From contig OZ024743.1 of NCBI GenBank assembly GCA_964016885.1, positions 83,700,001 through 83,764,000 of the forward strand: a DNA stretch of 64,000 bases, given 5' to 3'. A model generated the notes under the pieces. That model did not search any database. It had not been told where the DNA came from and saw only the letters and a list, made by a program, of their open reading frames with translations. A program made the position numbers and the translations under genes. Shown piece after piece: positions 1 to 13,559 of the stretch (the first letter of the stretch is position 1; each line of letters starts with the position of its first letter). This stretch comes from Eledone cirrhosa. Its lineage: Eukaryota.

Positions 1-198
1 CGTTATTTATAAGTACATTTTTCTTATTTAAAAACACGTAACGAAAAAATTGATGTTTTTATTTTTTTTTGGGGGGGGGGGGGATTAATGGCCTTTTAAC
101 ATTTTAATTCGTTTCAATGGGGAAAACTGATTTGACGTACGAGTAATTTGAGTTACGAGCTCCGTCACGGAACGAATTAAACTCGCAAGTCGAGGTAC

Positions 199-203
<5 letters not shown>
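1..203 (+). mobile_element. 3' end of a pogo/Tigger DNA transposon (truncated by the window edge)
   Basis: Reverse complement of about 4762-4950. Ends in the TIR ...CTCGCAAGTCGAGGTACCACT followed by TA, matching the TIR at 7385-7405. Confidence 0.8.
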
Positions 204-270
<67 letters not shown>

Positions 271-272
<2 letters not shown>

Positions 273-473
273 CGAAGGAAAAGTGGTAAGGAACCAGATG
301 GACCATAACGCACCAAAGTACTCAATATTTAGGGTAGTAGAGTGGGTAATAGGAACGAGTAGGACCCCGACGGGTGAGCTCAAGCCGTTTCGACGGCTAA
401 TTCTGGACTAAATCTTTAGTCCAGAATTAGCCGTCGAAACGGCTTGAGCTCAGCCGTCGGGGTCCTACTCGTT

Positions 474-478
<5 letters not shown>
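271..478 (-). mobile_element. PLE pLTR fold-back remnant, family A (copies at 8577-8786, 27908-28110 and, partial, 50448-50524)
   Basis: About 62-bp inverted arms centred near 413, flanked by (TA)n. Arms carry the 3' half of a hammerhead (GAAACGGCT...AGCCGTC). The unpaired tail carries the CTC...TTGAG hairpin at 321-342. Near-identical copies occur elsewhere in the window. Confidence 0.75.
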
Positions 479-520
<42 letters not shown>

Positions 521-524
<4 letters not shown>

Positions 525-1187
525 TCGCTTCGCTACGCATTTCCAATATTTTTAATGCTTACACTATTTTTAATACTTATATTATTTCTCTACGCACAGA
601 CTATAACAATCATATAAAGAGTTCATCACCAGATCAACCACCTTAACACTCTCGATTACCTGCTTAAGTGCTTCTATTACACATAACTCTCTGCCACACT
701 ATATAAACAAGACGCACGTGCTTGCCACACATATAACCTTTGCACTATATAACCGCTTAATTTCATGTTGTATTTTAACCTGTATTTTTTATTGTATCTT
801 TTAATATGAATGTAATTTCTAAGTGTGTACTGCCACACTAAATGCTATAATGAATGTTGACCCACAATATTTGCATATGTATCTGTATGTCTCTTGGCTG
901 ATAAGGAGGTCATATAAGTGTTCATTCAATAATAAATTGCTCCGAAGAATCCAAACCTCGGTTTGGAAGAAACAGTTGTAAGCATAAAAATGTTTTGAAC
1001 AGTTCTTTGATTCTTATAATTCATATAACTACTCTGTAAATCATCTGATGTTTTTACATTGAGCTATTTAACTTGCTGGTAATAAGGTAGTACTATATTA
1101 CTGCCTACCACTATTTAGGGTTTATAAAAATATATATAACTGCAAAAGGTTTTTGTATTTGCATAACCATAAATAGTATAATTAATA

Positions 1188-1190
<3 letters not shown>
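521..1190 (+). mobile_element. PLE 3' end (pLTR plus tail) between (TA)n tracts
   Basis: Contains a hammerhead at 938-984 and the tail hairpin at 1032-1063. Confidence 0.6.
938..984 (+). ncRNA. Minimal type I hammerhead ribozyme (CCGAAGA core variant)
   Basis: TGCT-CCGAAGA-a-TCCAAAC(CTCG)GTTTGGA-a-GAAA-CAGTTG-TA-AGCA. Confidence 0.7.
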
Positions 1191-2319
<1,129 letters not shown>

Positions 2320-2928
2320 GTCAGGTCACCACTTGGTGCTACTGGTAACATGTATCCCAGTACAACCTGTCTCATGGTCGGGTCGTTGGCGACTAAACTG
2401 GCAACCCCACCAAGGTTTCTTGGTGAGGAGGGTGACTTTGGACATCCTGCAGGACTAAAAACAAAACCTGTCAAAGGGCAAAGAAGCTCTTAAGAGTCAA
2501 TGGCCATCCAAAATCACTGGGAGAGATGACCCCTTAGCCTTTGTCAAGGCAGAATTCTAGGAGAAGGAAAACTCTGATATAACACCTGCAACCCTGATGG
2601 TATCCAATGATGTTGACTTGTTCTTCTTTTTGGTAAATATCATCTTGGTTAAGAGAGTGGGACTGGCTTTGTGCAGTGCCTTTGCTCACTATAAAAGCTT
2701 CACGGCACAGGCATTGCTTTATATCTGGAGATCTCTCTGCACTTGTCGTCACATGGTACCATGGGCCCAGCACTATGTGTCAATAATGGTCACAAGTGTA
2801 GTGTTTGTACCAGAGTTTTCAAGTCGCTGGCTGGACTAAAAAGTCACACTCGTTCAGCTCATCGGTAGGGGTTCTCCTACATGGATATAAAGTAGTGGCC
2901 GTACTCGAAAACGAGTTGGCAGCCACCA
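2320..2928 (+). mobile_element. About 610-bp non-autonomous retroelement with fixed ends and a (TATG)n tail, probably RTE-derived
   Basis: Near-identical copy with the same ends at 43765-44371; diverged relatives at 43138-43657 (+) and 21090-21612 (-). No long ORF. Carries a CTAGGAGAAGGAAAACTCTGA motif and a terminal ACTCG-AAAA-CGAGT hairpin. Confidence 0.7.
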
Positions 2929-2948
2929 CATATGTATGTATATATATG

Positions 2949-3023
<75 letters not shown>

Positions 3024-3024
3024 G

Positions 3025-3057
<33 letters not shown>

Positions 3058-3144
3058 GTATATATATATCTATATATATGTATATATATATATATATGTA
3101 TATATCTATATATATGTATATATATATATATATATATGTATATG

Positions 3145-3211
<67 letters not shown>

Positions 3212-3212
3212 G

Positions 3213-3245
<33 letters not shown>

Positions 3246-3938
3246 GTATATATATGTATATATATATGTATATATGTATATATATATATATACGGGGTAA
3301 CAAATAATAGTTATATCCAGTCCCCTTAGGTGTAGTCCAGTTATGGTATTCCGGGTAGTGGATGATATCAACGCTTGGCTTGGTTTGACTCAACAAGGCG
3401 TATTCATAGTGATGTTGCGAGTATGCTGTAATTCCTATGTTGTAAACACTTGGAGTAATAATAAATCAGGAAAGAAGATTGACATGGTTTGCAATACAAA
3501 AAAGTTTTTTAATCTCATTGCTGGCAATTGTTTCTCTGAACTGGTAGGTCTAGAGATTGCTATTCGCTTGTTTTCACGTTACTCGATCGCCAATACAAAA
3601 TTATAACCAGTCAGTTCTTCGGAGCATGCGAGAATGAAGAGAATATACAGGCATGAAAGGAATATACAGGCTACTATATGAAGTAGTAATGGCATTCAGT
3701 TAGAACAATAACAACAATTACAACAATGCTAGTAATAAATTATTTGAGGAGACCCTGACATTACATTAGGTGGGGGGTATAGTGTATCTAAGATTTCGGC
3801 GTGTAAAACTAGCTGACATGAAGCAGAAGTATAAGTTTGGCATCTCGTAGGGTGTATTGTATCAATTTTAAAGATAAGCCGGTGTTTATCACCAATATAG
3901 GTATTTATCTGACCGACGAAGTATTTATCATTGAGTAG

Positions 3939-4526
3939 AATTTGTGTGGTCTACATTAGATGAGAATACAGTCTTTCTTTTCATCTTCAATAACATACAT
4001 GTATGGGACAACACTGTCAAAGCTAAATAGTGGGCGAGTTAATACAGAGGTTAAGGAGGTAATACATATATATATATACATATATACACACGCATGTGTA
4101 CATAGACACATACATACACATCAATATACACTCGTACAAAAATATACATACATGCAAAGAGATAAGCGTGCTGATTGTAATTATAGCAAAAGGAAGGTAA
4201 AGTTACATTGTAGAAGTGATTTGAGAAATTCTTGGATTTAGGATCAAGTGATGGCAGCAGCTGAGAAGGAATAAGTTTTACACTCTAGCCTTCACAAGTC
4301 TTTACCACACAAATGTCTGTAAGTACCTCATCAACCCATAAACTTATTCCTTCTCAGCTGCTGCCATCACTTGATCCTAAATCCAAGTATTTCTCAAATC
4401 ACTACTACAATGTAACTTTACCTTCCTTTTGCCATAATTACAATCAGCACGCTTATCTCTTTGCATGTATGTATATTTTTGTACGAGTGTATATTGATGT
4501 GTATGTATGTGTCTATGTACACATGC

Positions 4527-4592
<66 letters not shown>

Positions 4593-4593
4593 G

Positions 4594-4639
<46 letters not shown>

Positions 4640-4761
4640 ACCTCCTTAACCTCTGTATTAACTCGCCCACTATTTAGCTTTGACAGTGTTGTCCCATACA
4701 TGTATGTTATTGAAGATGAAAAGAAAGACTGTATTCTCATCTAATGTAGACCACACAAATT
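3939..4761. repeat. Long inverted repeat (fold-back): arms about 3939-4280 and 4338-4761
   Basis: The same spurious ORF start ([13 protein letters not shown]...) appears on both strands (3960+ and 4740-). The arms differ by a (TA)n expansion and a few substitutions. Confidence 0.9.
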
Positions 4762-5226
4762 TACGAGTTTAATTCGTTCCGTGACGGAGCTCGTAACTCA
4801 AATTACTCGTACGTCAAATCAGTTTTCCCCATTGAAACGAATTAAAATGTTAAAATGCCATTAATCCCCCCCCCCCCCCCCTCGAAAAAAAACCACATCA
4901 ATTTTTTCGTTACGTGTTTTTAAATAAGAAAAATGTACTTATAAATAACGAATATTGTATAAAAAGTAATACCATAGAATATACTGCAATAAACTGGTTT
5001 TATTAAGTATAATGTACAGCATTTATCTTGGAGATGACTTGAGGGTGTTGACGGAGGTGAAAGAGAAAGGCTGAACTGAATAACTGAATTTTATTCGCTG
5101 ATTTTTGTCCTTTTCGCCACGCTTTCTTCACTTTTATCTGCAGGAGTTTTCGATAAAAGCCTTTCCAATGAGGTTTGTTTCATCCACCCCTTCAGAATGT
5201 TTCTGAAATGAGTTAGGCAAGTGTCA

Positions 5227-5547
5227 TTAAAAACTTGCAACTTTTTCTGGGTATTTAAAAAAAATAAAGTCTGAAAGTTTCTCCCACATTCCCAATATTT
5301 CCTTTATCTCACTTGTAGAGATAACCTCCTCAGCCTCTTCCACATCACCTATTTCCTGCGAAACCTCCGTGTGCTGCTGCGTCTGTAGTTCCTTTAGCAC
5401 CTCCGTTTTCAGTTCCTCGGAGTGCTCCTCGATGAGCTCGTTGATGTTACCTTCAACCATGTCTAGGCCCATGGACTTGCCGAGGAATACAACCTCCTCC
5501 ACCACTGCCGCGTCGGGTTCGAGTCCTTCAAAGAACGTTTCAGACAC
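5227..5547 (-). pseudogene. Tigger transposase C-terminal fragment
   Basis: FEGLEP...EEVVFLGKSMGLD...NINELIEEHSEEL, typical of the Tigger C-terminus. Confidence 0.75.
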
Positions 5548-5868
5548 AACCTCAGGTCACAGCTTCTTCCGCGCAGAGGTCAAGGTCCTAAAAATGGCCA
5601 TAAAAATGGCCATAAAATTCTGAGACATATCACGATGTTATAGTCAGTGGTGGACTGGGTCTAAAAATATTGGTTGCTAGGAGATGAAGGGGGCTCACCT
5701 ACATACAGAATGCTATCATTTAATTTTTATAATGAATAAATAACATTTTCGAAAAATACATAAGTGGAAACAAAACAGTTCAATCAAATTTTTGCGGAAA
5801 AATATCTTACCTTCTCCAATAAAAAATATTACGCATTTTGCGAAATCCAGAGACTTTCAATAATTACC

Positions 5869-6337
5869 AGAAGTCGACCCTAAATATTATAATAACTCTA
5901 GGAAAGCCATGAATGACCTCCACATCTCTTTAACTTTGATTTTGAAAGTAGGTTTATAATTATCAATTTTCCTTATACTATCGTAGCTGTCTCGGTGGCC
6001 TAGCTGGAGGAATCATAGACGTTGGTGATCCGGGTCTGATGTTCGATTCTGGTCGGGAATAGGGTTCCCGCTAAACCTTTTCATTTTTTTCTATCGGTTG
6101 TAAAATAAAAACTGAAAAAGTTTACATGCACCTCTTGACGAGGATTGAACCCTAGGCTAGGATCTCCATCGTCTCTAGTACCTACCGCTAGATCACAGAG
6201 ACTAAGAAAATCTCATGAAAATTCATACTTATAAACCTACTTTCAAAATTTTCAAAACAAAGTGTATTTCATGGTGTATAACAAGGTGTCGTTCATGTCT
6301 TTCTTAATGTTATTGCTCCTACTTAAGGTCGACTTCT
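5869..6337. mobile_element. TIR-bounded element carrying two convergent tRNA-like cassettes, nested in the Tigger
   Basis: AGAAGTCGACCCTAA...TTAAGGTCGACTTCT termini plus a subterminal inverted match. A/B-box-like units at about 5988-6058 (+) and 6128-6203 (-). Confidence 0.55.
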
Positions 6338-6422
6338 AAATCACGTGGGTGTTCCAAACAAAACTACATTCTCGTTTTGTTTCACAGCAATCTAGACTAT
6401 ATTTTAACCTGTAATCCATGTT

Positions 6423-7106
6423 TCATTTCTGCATAACCTGCAGCTTTTCTTTTAGAATCTTATGTGACTTGAAGACTCTGGGGTTTTCCGAATGATAAAC
6501 GAGCAATGGCTTAATCTTGCAGTAGCCGCTCGCATTGGCACACAGAGCGAGCGTTAGCCTATCCTTCATGGGTTTGTGGTCTGGCATCCTCTTCTCCTCT
6601 GACGTTATATAAGTCCTCCTTGGCATCTTCCATAAAAGTCCTGTCTCGTCACAGTTGAAGATTTGCTGGGGGATGTATCCTTCGGCTGCTATAATTCCGG
6701 CAAAATGTTTTAGGTAATCCTCAGCTGCCTTCACATCCGCGCTCGCAGTCTCACCATGCCTGACAACGGAGTGAATGCCGCTCCTCTTTTTAAAATTCTC
6801 CAGCCAGCCCCGACTGGCTTTAAACGATCCCTCGTCCGTCGTAGTGTCTGGGGTCTGCTGCAGCAAATCAGCGTAAATAGCTCGTGCTTTCTCGCAGATT
6901 ATAGTTTCGGTTACGGTATCTCCTGCGAGCTGCTTCTCCGTCAACCACAGCTTTTCTATATTTTCATGGATAGATGTCCGTTGTTTAGAAATTATTTTAA
7001 CGTCCTTGGCTGGCGTTAAAGTCTTTATCGACTGCTTCTGCTTCAGTATGGTGCAGATCGTAGAAGTGCTACGTTCGTACAGCTTCGCCAAGTCGACTAC
7101 ACGCAC
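6423..7106 (-). pseudogene. Tigger transposase fragment (HTH/CENP-B domain and start of DDE)
   Basis: Motifs FKASRGWLENFKKR, VRHGE, QIFNCDETGL, KDRLTLALCANASG and KPLLVYHSENPR. Confidence 0.92.
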
Positions 7107-7402
7107 ACCTTGGTCATATTTTTCGATAATTTATTTCATTAATTCATTTCATCCACTTCTTCTTCTTCTTCTTCTTCTTCTTCTCAGCACTGTCCTTCGC
7201 GCTCACTTTCTTCGGACCCATGGGATGCTGGGCGGATGTTACGGCGTTCACTGTGGCGTTCGCTAGGCCAACTAGCGGTGGGGTATCTGAAGCTGGCTCG
7301 CAACCTGAATTTTAGCTCGCAACTCAAAGCAAAATATCAGCCGAGAGACGGCTCGTATATCGAAAAACTCTTTAGTTGGGACACACGTAAGTCAAGGAAC
7401 CA

Positions 7403-7482
<80 letters not shown>

Positions 7483-7485
7483 TGC

Positions 7486-7530
7486 TTCTACTGGACTAGA
7501 ACTGTTTCATTCGAAGGAAATCATCAGGAA
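7486..7530 (-). ncRNA. Hammerhead ribozyme, family B (one stem III mismatch)
   Basis: Reverse complement reads TTC-CTGATGA-TTTCCTTCGAAT-GAAA-CAG(TTCTAGTC)CAG-TA-GAA. Confidence 0.65.
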
Positions 7531-7989
7531 AGATTATTTATATATATATTTATTTAAGTATAATCAGTAATGTACAGAATAATACATTAATAAAGTACAC
7601 TTGTTAAAAGAAGTAATAAAACAATCATTATCCCTTGGGTAATAAAATATTATAATAGAACGTTGTTTATGATTTTATCTGGCGTTTTCATCTTTCACGA
7701 GACTTACCAAGATATGAATTTAGTTGTTATTAAAAGTATATTCAAACCGGAACTTGATTTCGATCTGTTTGAACTCAGTGCAGAGAATACCGGAATAGTT
7801 ACCACAAAGCATTCTATCCGGTGTTCTAACGAATAGTATTCAGAACACATATTTACTTGTTTAATTCATCAGATGTCAGAACAGAATATTTGAATATAAA
7901 GATTTCACAATAATTATAGTAATATGAAGGTGGTGCATTGGCAGATTATTAGAGACGTCGGATTTATTGCTTGATATTTGTTCCGTATC

Positions 7990-8226
7990 TAAAGTGTAAA
8001 GTCTAAAGCCTGTATCAAGCCAGGAGGCTCGTCAGGTCGGTGCTTATCTAGGTTTCGTGGCGGAAAGCGACTGAGATTAAACCCCTCCAACTGGCTGTTG
8101 CTGGTACTTATTTTCAGCTGAGTATACTGGAGCAACGTGAAATGAATGCAACACACAACCCAGTCCAGGAATCGAACCCACGACATTAGGATTGTAAATC
8201 CACCACCCTTACCACTAGGCCACGCG
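7990..8226 (-). mobile_element. tRNA-derived SINE inserted into an older SINE, with an 11-bp TSD
   Basis: On the reverse strand, A box TGGCCTAGTGG and B box GGTTCGATTCC. TGTTCCGTATC is duplicated at 7979-7989 and 8227-8237. Confidence 0.8.
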
Positions 8227-8307
8227 TGTTCCGTATCATTGAGTTTATCGCGGTCAACTTTGTCTTTCATTCTTCCGAAACAAGGAACCAGCCCAGTATT
8301 GGTAATG

Positions 8308-8534
8308 GTTGCTTTCACTTCAATTTATTATAAATTAAATTTATAAATTTAGGAACCAGCCAACCGGAAATTTATAAATTCCTAAATTTATAAATTTAAT
8401 TTATAATAAATTGAAGTGAAAGCAACTGGTGCGTGTGTTTCTTATTGGCAACATGACCCTCCCAAAGTATAACAATATCGGTTTCAACACATGTTTTCAG
8501 ATAAAGAATCTTGCTAAACAAATTCAGAAACGAA

Positions 8535-8535
<1 letters not shown>
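8308..8535. mobile_element. Fold-back element, family F (rearranged relative at 32191-32558)
   Basis: Inverted arms 8308-8355 and 8378-8426. The rest matches 32440-32558 directly and 32191-32262 in inverted orientation. Confidence 0.6.
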
Positions 8536-8572
<37 letters not shown>

Positions 8573-8576
8573 ATAT

Positions 8577-8786
8577 AACGAAGGAGTTGTTGTAAGGAAT
8601 CAGATGGACCATAACGCACCAGAGTACTCAATACTTAAGGTAGTAGAATGGGTAAGAGGAGAAAGTATGACCCCGACGGCAGAGCTCAAGCCGTTTCGAC
8701 GGCTATTTCTGGACTAAAAGTCATTTTTAGTCCAGAAATACCGTCGAAATGGTTTGAGCTCTGCCGTCGGGGTCATACTTTCTCAT
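8577..8786 (-). mobile_element. PLE fold-back remnant, family A
   Basis: Homologous to 271-478; hairpin centred near 8721; (TA)n on both sides. Confidence 0.75.
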
Positions 8787-9079
8787 ATATATATATATAT
8801 GTACATATCTATCTACCTACCTACCCACGTACCTATCTACCTACCGTTCTATTTATTTATTCATTTCACTGGAAGAAATCGGTTTTATTCAGAGCTGGAA
8901 AGGGAATGGTCTCTGCCAGCTTTAATATACCCATATGACGGCATGTGTCATGACAGCATACGACGCCATCAGGAGTTAAGGACCTTGTACTTTAATGTTT
9001 AAAATTAGAAGATTCATTTTTAATAATTTACCATAGCTTTTTTCAAACAGTGAAAAGCACACATGCTTCTTTCAAGGTC

Positions 9080-9245
9080 AGCCATTACCCCCAGTGCATT
9101 ACTGGTGATTTATTTTATCGACGCCGTAAGGATGAAAAGCAAAGTTAACCTCGGCGGGATTTTGACTCAGACTGAATGGGCCATAACTAAATACTACAAA
9201 ACATGGTGTCCGAAACTCTACCGATGCTGCCAATCCACCCATAGG
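9080..9245 (-). mobile_element. Abundant tRNA-derived SINE (other copies or fragments near 10235-10390, 19980-20098, 28885-28950, 35512-35617, 47640-47820, 49350-49540, 52808-52922, 55660-55720, 59007-59062)
   Basis: Recurrent core GAGTTCAAATCCCGCCGAGGTTAACTTTGCCTTTCATCCTTACGGGGTCGATAAAATAAAGTACCAG and 3' end GGCCTTGTGCCAAAAGTAGAAACAATT. Confidence 0.8.
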
Positions 9246-9267
9246 TCTACATAGTGTTTATTTAAAT

Positions 9268-9392
9268 TTAACGATGAAAACCTCATTAGTTCTTAACGAT
9301 GAAAACCTCATTAGTTCTTAACGATGAAAACCTCATTAGTTCTTAACGATGAAAACCTCATTAGTTCTTAACCATGAAAATCTCATTAGTTC
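9268..9392. repeat. 25-bp tandem repeat, 5 copies
   Basis: Unit TTAACGATGAAAACCTCATTAGTTC, head-to-tail with no spacers. Confidence 0.9.
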
Positions 9393-9473
9393 ATGATTTA
9401 AAACCTTATACAACATCACCGAAAACCTTTGTATAGATATACGACTTATTTGAAAGAAACCGACACACTAGGG

Positions 9474-9639
9474 CAGTGGTTCCCTAAGTGAGTTCCGAAA
9501 GGAGTGTCTGGGGTTCCATGATAAAAGGTAGAGGAGTATATTTATATTACGACTATATAACGGTATTAAACTTTGGGGTTCCTCAAAAGTTTCTGAACTA
9601 AAAAAAGGCTCCGCAGTTGGAAAGGGTTAGGAAATCCTG
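9474..9639. mobile_element. hAT/Charlie-type MITE
   Basis: Termini CAGTGGTTCCCTAA...TTAGGAAATCCTG, flanked by degenerate 8-mers CACTAGGG and CTCTAGAG. Confidence 0.6.
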
Positions 9640-9669
9640 CTCTAGAGGAAACACACTCAAGTATTCCTG

Positions 9670-10097
9670 TTAATGTTGCTACTGCTGTTGTTGTTATTGC
9701 TACTGTTGTTGTTATTGTTGTCGTTGTAGTTGTTGTTATTGCTACTGTTGTTATTGTTTTTGTTGTTGTTGTTGGTGTTGTTGTTGTTGTTGTTGCTGTT
9801 TTATTGTTGCTGTTGTTTTTGTTGTTGTTGCTGTTGCTGTTGTTCTTGCCGTTGTTGTTGCTGTTGCTGTTGTTATTGCCATTGTTGTTGTTCCTATTGT
9901 TGTTATTGCTACTGTCGTTGTTGCTGTTGCTGTTGTTACTGTTGTTATTGCTATCGTTGTCGTCGTTGTTGTTGTTGTTCCTGCTGCTGTCGTTGTTGTT
10001 GACGCTACTGCTGCTATTGTTGTTGCAATTGCTGACGTTGTTGTTGTTGCTGTTGCTGCTCCTGCTATTGTTGTTGTTATTGCCGACGTCGTCGTCG

Positions 10098-10135
<38 letters not shown>

Positions 10136-10471
10136 GCAGCTGCTATTGATGCTGTTGTTGTTGACGTTGTTGTTGCTGTTGTTGCTGCTGGCGTTGTTGT
10201 TGCTGCTGCTATTGTTGTTGTTGTTATTTCTCTTCTGAGTTCAAATCTCGCCGAAGTCAACTTTTAAACCTTCCAGCTACGCTGTAATGTATGTAGTACC
10301 AGTGAAATACTAGGGTCGATTTAATAGACTTAGCCCCCTCCCCCACACCAACACACCTACATAGGGGGTGGGGTGTACTCCAAAGAAGATGATTTTGTAA
10401 ATGATGATTATTGTCATTATCATCATCATCAGCAGCAGTACTATTATCAACATTATCAACATTATCATCAT

Positions 10472-10502
<31 letters not shown>

Positions 10503-11306
10503 AGTAGCATTATCAACATCATCATCATCATCAGCAGCAGTACTATTATCAACATTATCAACATTTTCATCATCATCATCATCATCAGCAGCAGCAGTAG
10601 CAGTAGCAGTAGCATTATCAACATTATCAACATTATCATCATCAGCAGCAGCAGCAGTAGCATTATCAACATTATCAACATTATCATCATCATCATCATC
10701 AGCAGCAGCAGCAGCAGTAGCAGTAGCAGTAGCATTATCAACATTATCATCATCATCATCAGCAGCAGCAGCAGCAGCAGTAGCATTATCAACATTATCA
10801 ACATTATCATCATCATCATCAGCAGCAGCAGCAGCAGTAGCATTATCAACATTATCATCATCATCATCATCATCAGCAGCAGCAGTAGCATTATCAACAT
10901 CAGCAGCAGCAGCAGCACCAACAAAGATAAACAACCAACATGCGTTTAGCCAATTCATTTGAATGCTGTCAACTGTACCAGAAAGACATTCTCTTTACAC
11001 ACACACACACACACACACAGATACACAGATACACACGCACACATAAACACACAGAGACACACATACATACGCACATACACGTACACACACACACAAACAC
11101 ACACATAAACACACATACATACGCACACACATACACACACATAAACACATACACACACACATATATATATACAGAGACACACATACACAGACACATACAC
11201 ACACACTTGCACACACACACACAGACATATATATATATACACAGAGACACACATACACAGACACATACACACACTTGCACACACACACAGACACACACAC
11301 AGATAT

Positions 11307-11351
<45 letters not shown>

Positions 11352-11420
11352 CACACACATACATACACACACATACATATATATACACACACACACACAT
11401 ATACAGACACACACAGACAT
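9670..11420. repeat. Low-complexity block: (TTG)n, then compound (CAT/CAG)n, then (CA)n
   Basis: Read directly. Confidence 0.9.
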
Positions 11421-11494
11421 ATGTATGTGTGTTAGTGCTGGTGGGGTGAGCAGCTGTACTTGTCTCGTTTGGAGCACACTTCTACTACCCTTAA

Positions 11495-12690
11495 ATACCC
11501 CAACACGACCCTACCCCAACACTACTTCACTCCAACACTACTTCACCCCAACACTACCCCACCCCAACACGACCCCACCCCAACACTACTTCACTCCAAC
11601 ACTACTTCACCCCAACACTACCCCACCCCAACACGACCCCACCCCAACACTACTTCACTCCAACACTACTTCACCCCAACACTACCCCACCCCAACACTA
11701 CCCCACCCCAACACTACCCCACCCCAACACGACCCCACCCCAACACTACTTCACTCCAACACTACTTCACCCCAACACTACCCCACCCCAACACTACTCC
11801 ACCCCAACACTACCCCACCTCCAACACTACTTCACCCCAACACTACCCCACCCCAACACTACCCCACCCCAACACTACCCCACCCCAACACTACTTCACC
11901 CCAACACTACCCCACCCCAACACTACCCCACCCCAACACTACCCCACCCCAACACTACCCCCACCCCAACACTACTTCACCCCAACACTACCCCACCTCC
12001 AACACTACCCCACCCCAACACTACCCCCACCCCAACACTACTTCACCCCAACACTACCCCACCTCCAACACTACCCCACCCCAACACTACCCCACCCCAA
12101 CACTACCCCACCTCCTACACTACCCCACCCCAACACTACCCCACACCAACACTACTTCACTCCAACACTACTTCACTCCAACACTACTTCACCCCAACAC
12201 TACCCCACCCCAACACTACTTCACCCCAACACTACCCCACCCCAACACTACCCCACCCCAACACTACCCCCACCCCAACACTACCCCCACCCCAACACTA
12301 CTTCACCCCAACACTACCCCACCCCAACACTATCCCACCCCAACACTACCCCACCTCCAACACTACCCCACCCCAACACTACCCCACCCCAACACTACTT
12401 CACTCCAACACTACTTCACTCCAACACTACTTCACCCCAACACTACCCCACCCCAACACTACCCCATCCCAACACTGCCCCACCCCAACACTACCCCACC
12501 CCAGCACTACCTCACCCACAACACTACCCCACCTCCAACACTACCCCACCCCAACACTACCCCACCCCAACACTACCTCACCCACAACACTACCCCACCC
12601 CAACACTACCCCACCCCAACACTACCCCACCCCAACACCACCCCACTAACAACACTACCCCACCTCCAACATTACCCCACTCCAACACTG
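11495..12690. repeat. 16-bp C-rich minisatellite (CCCCAACACTACCCCA and CCCCAACACTACTTCA variants)
   Basis: Read directly; the 16-aa period in the ORF track equals 3 units. Confidence 0.9.
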
Positions 12691-12769
12691 CTGTGTGTAA
12701 ACACATACATCTGCATACGTACACATATACATATATGCATACACATGCATATATATATACAGGAATCTT

Positions 12770-12816
12770 AATCTGATGATTTCTTAAGAATGAAACAGTT
12801 CTAGTCCTGTAGAATC
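12770..12816 (+). ncRNA. Hammerhead ribozyme, family B (5' strand of stem I damaged)
   Basis: CTGATGA-TTTCTTAAGAAT-GAAA-CAG(TTCTAGTC)CTG-TA-GAATC. Confidence 0.65.
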
Positions 12817-12829
12817 TCATCTATATTAA

Positions 12830-12918
<89 letters not shown>

Positions 12919-12935
12919 TATATACATATACATTC

Positions 12936-12966
<31 letters not shown>

Positions 12967-13037
12967 CACTGACACTAACCTAGTTATATATATATATATA
13001 TATATACATATATACATATATATATATATATATGTAT

Positions 13038-13071
<34 letters not shown>

Positions 13072-13117
13072 ATATATATATATATTATATATTATAGAAA
13101 TTATTATGAACAAGAAG

Positions 13118-13162
<45 letters not shown>

Positions 13163-13238
13163 TCATATATATATATATATACATTCATATATATATATAT
13201 ATATATACATTCATATATATATATATATATATATATAA

Positions 13239-13281
<43 letters not shown>

Positions 13282-13559
13282 CACTGACACTAACCTAGTT
13301 ATTTTTTCTTCACCAACTGTATAAATATTTTCCTATCGTTTCGCACTTCCACACACCACGTGGCACCTCCACCTCCTCCTATTCCTCCTCGTCCACCTCC
13401 TCATCCTCCTTCTTCTCCTCCTCCCCATCATCCTCCCCCCTTCTCTTCCACCTCCTCATCCTCCTTCTTCTCCTCCTCCCCCTCATCCTCCACCTTCATG
13501 TTATTGTTGGTGTGTGGCTGTTTTGGTTCCAGTTGTTTTTTCTTATTAGTGATGCTTTT

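Larger units (their letters stand above)
4762..7405 (-). mobile_element. pogo/Tigger (TIGD1-like) DNA transposon, degenerate and interrupted at about 5645-6422
   Basis: 5' TIR CAGTGGTTCCTTGACTTACG ending at 7405 with TA. Transposase fragments at 6423-7106 and 5227-5547. Confidence 0.9.

Noticed and set aside
2320-2460. HDV-like or twister ribozyme at the 5' end of the 610-bp element
   Set aside because: The pseudoknot pairings I tried were not preserved in the diverged copies, so no known fold was assigned.
5988-6203. Genuine tRNA genes
   Set aside because: A/B boxes are present, but I could not build a clean cloverleaf or anticodon arm, so they are treated as tRNA-derived.
9268-9392. CRISPR-like 25-bp repeats (also the 27-bp array at 55890-56530)
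   Set aside because: There are no unique spacers and no cas genes, and the context is eukaryotic.
11275-12776. Pro/Thr/His-rich mucin- or extensin-like ORFs
   Set aside because: The repeat unit is 16 bp (not a multiple of 3), and the same peptide appears in different frames.
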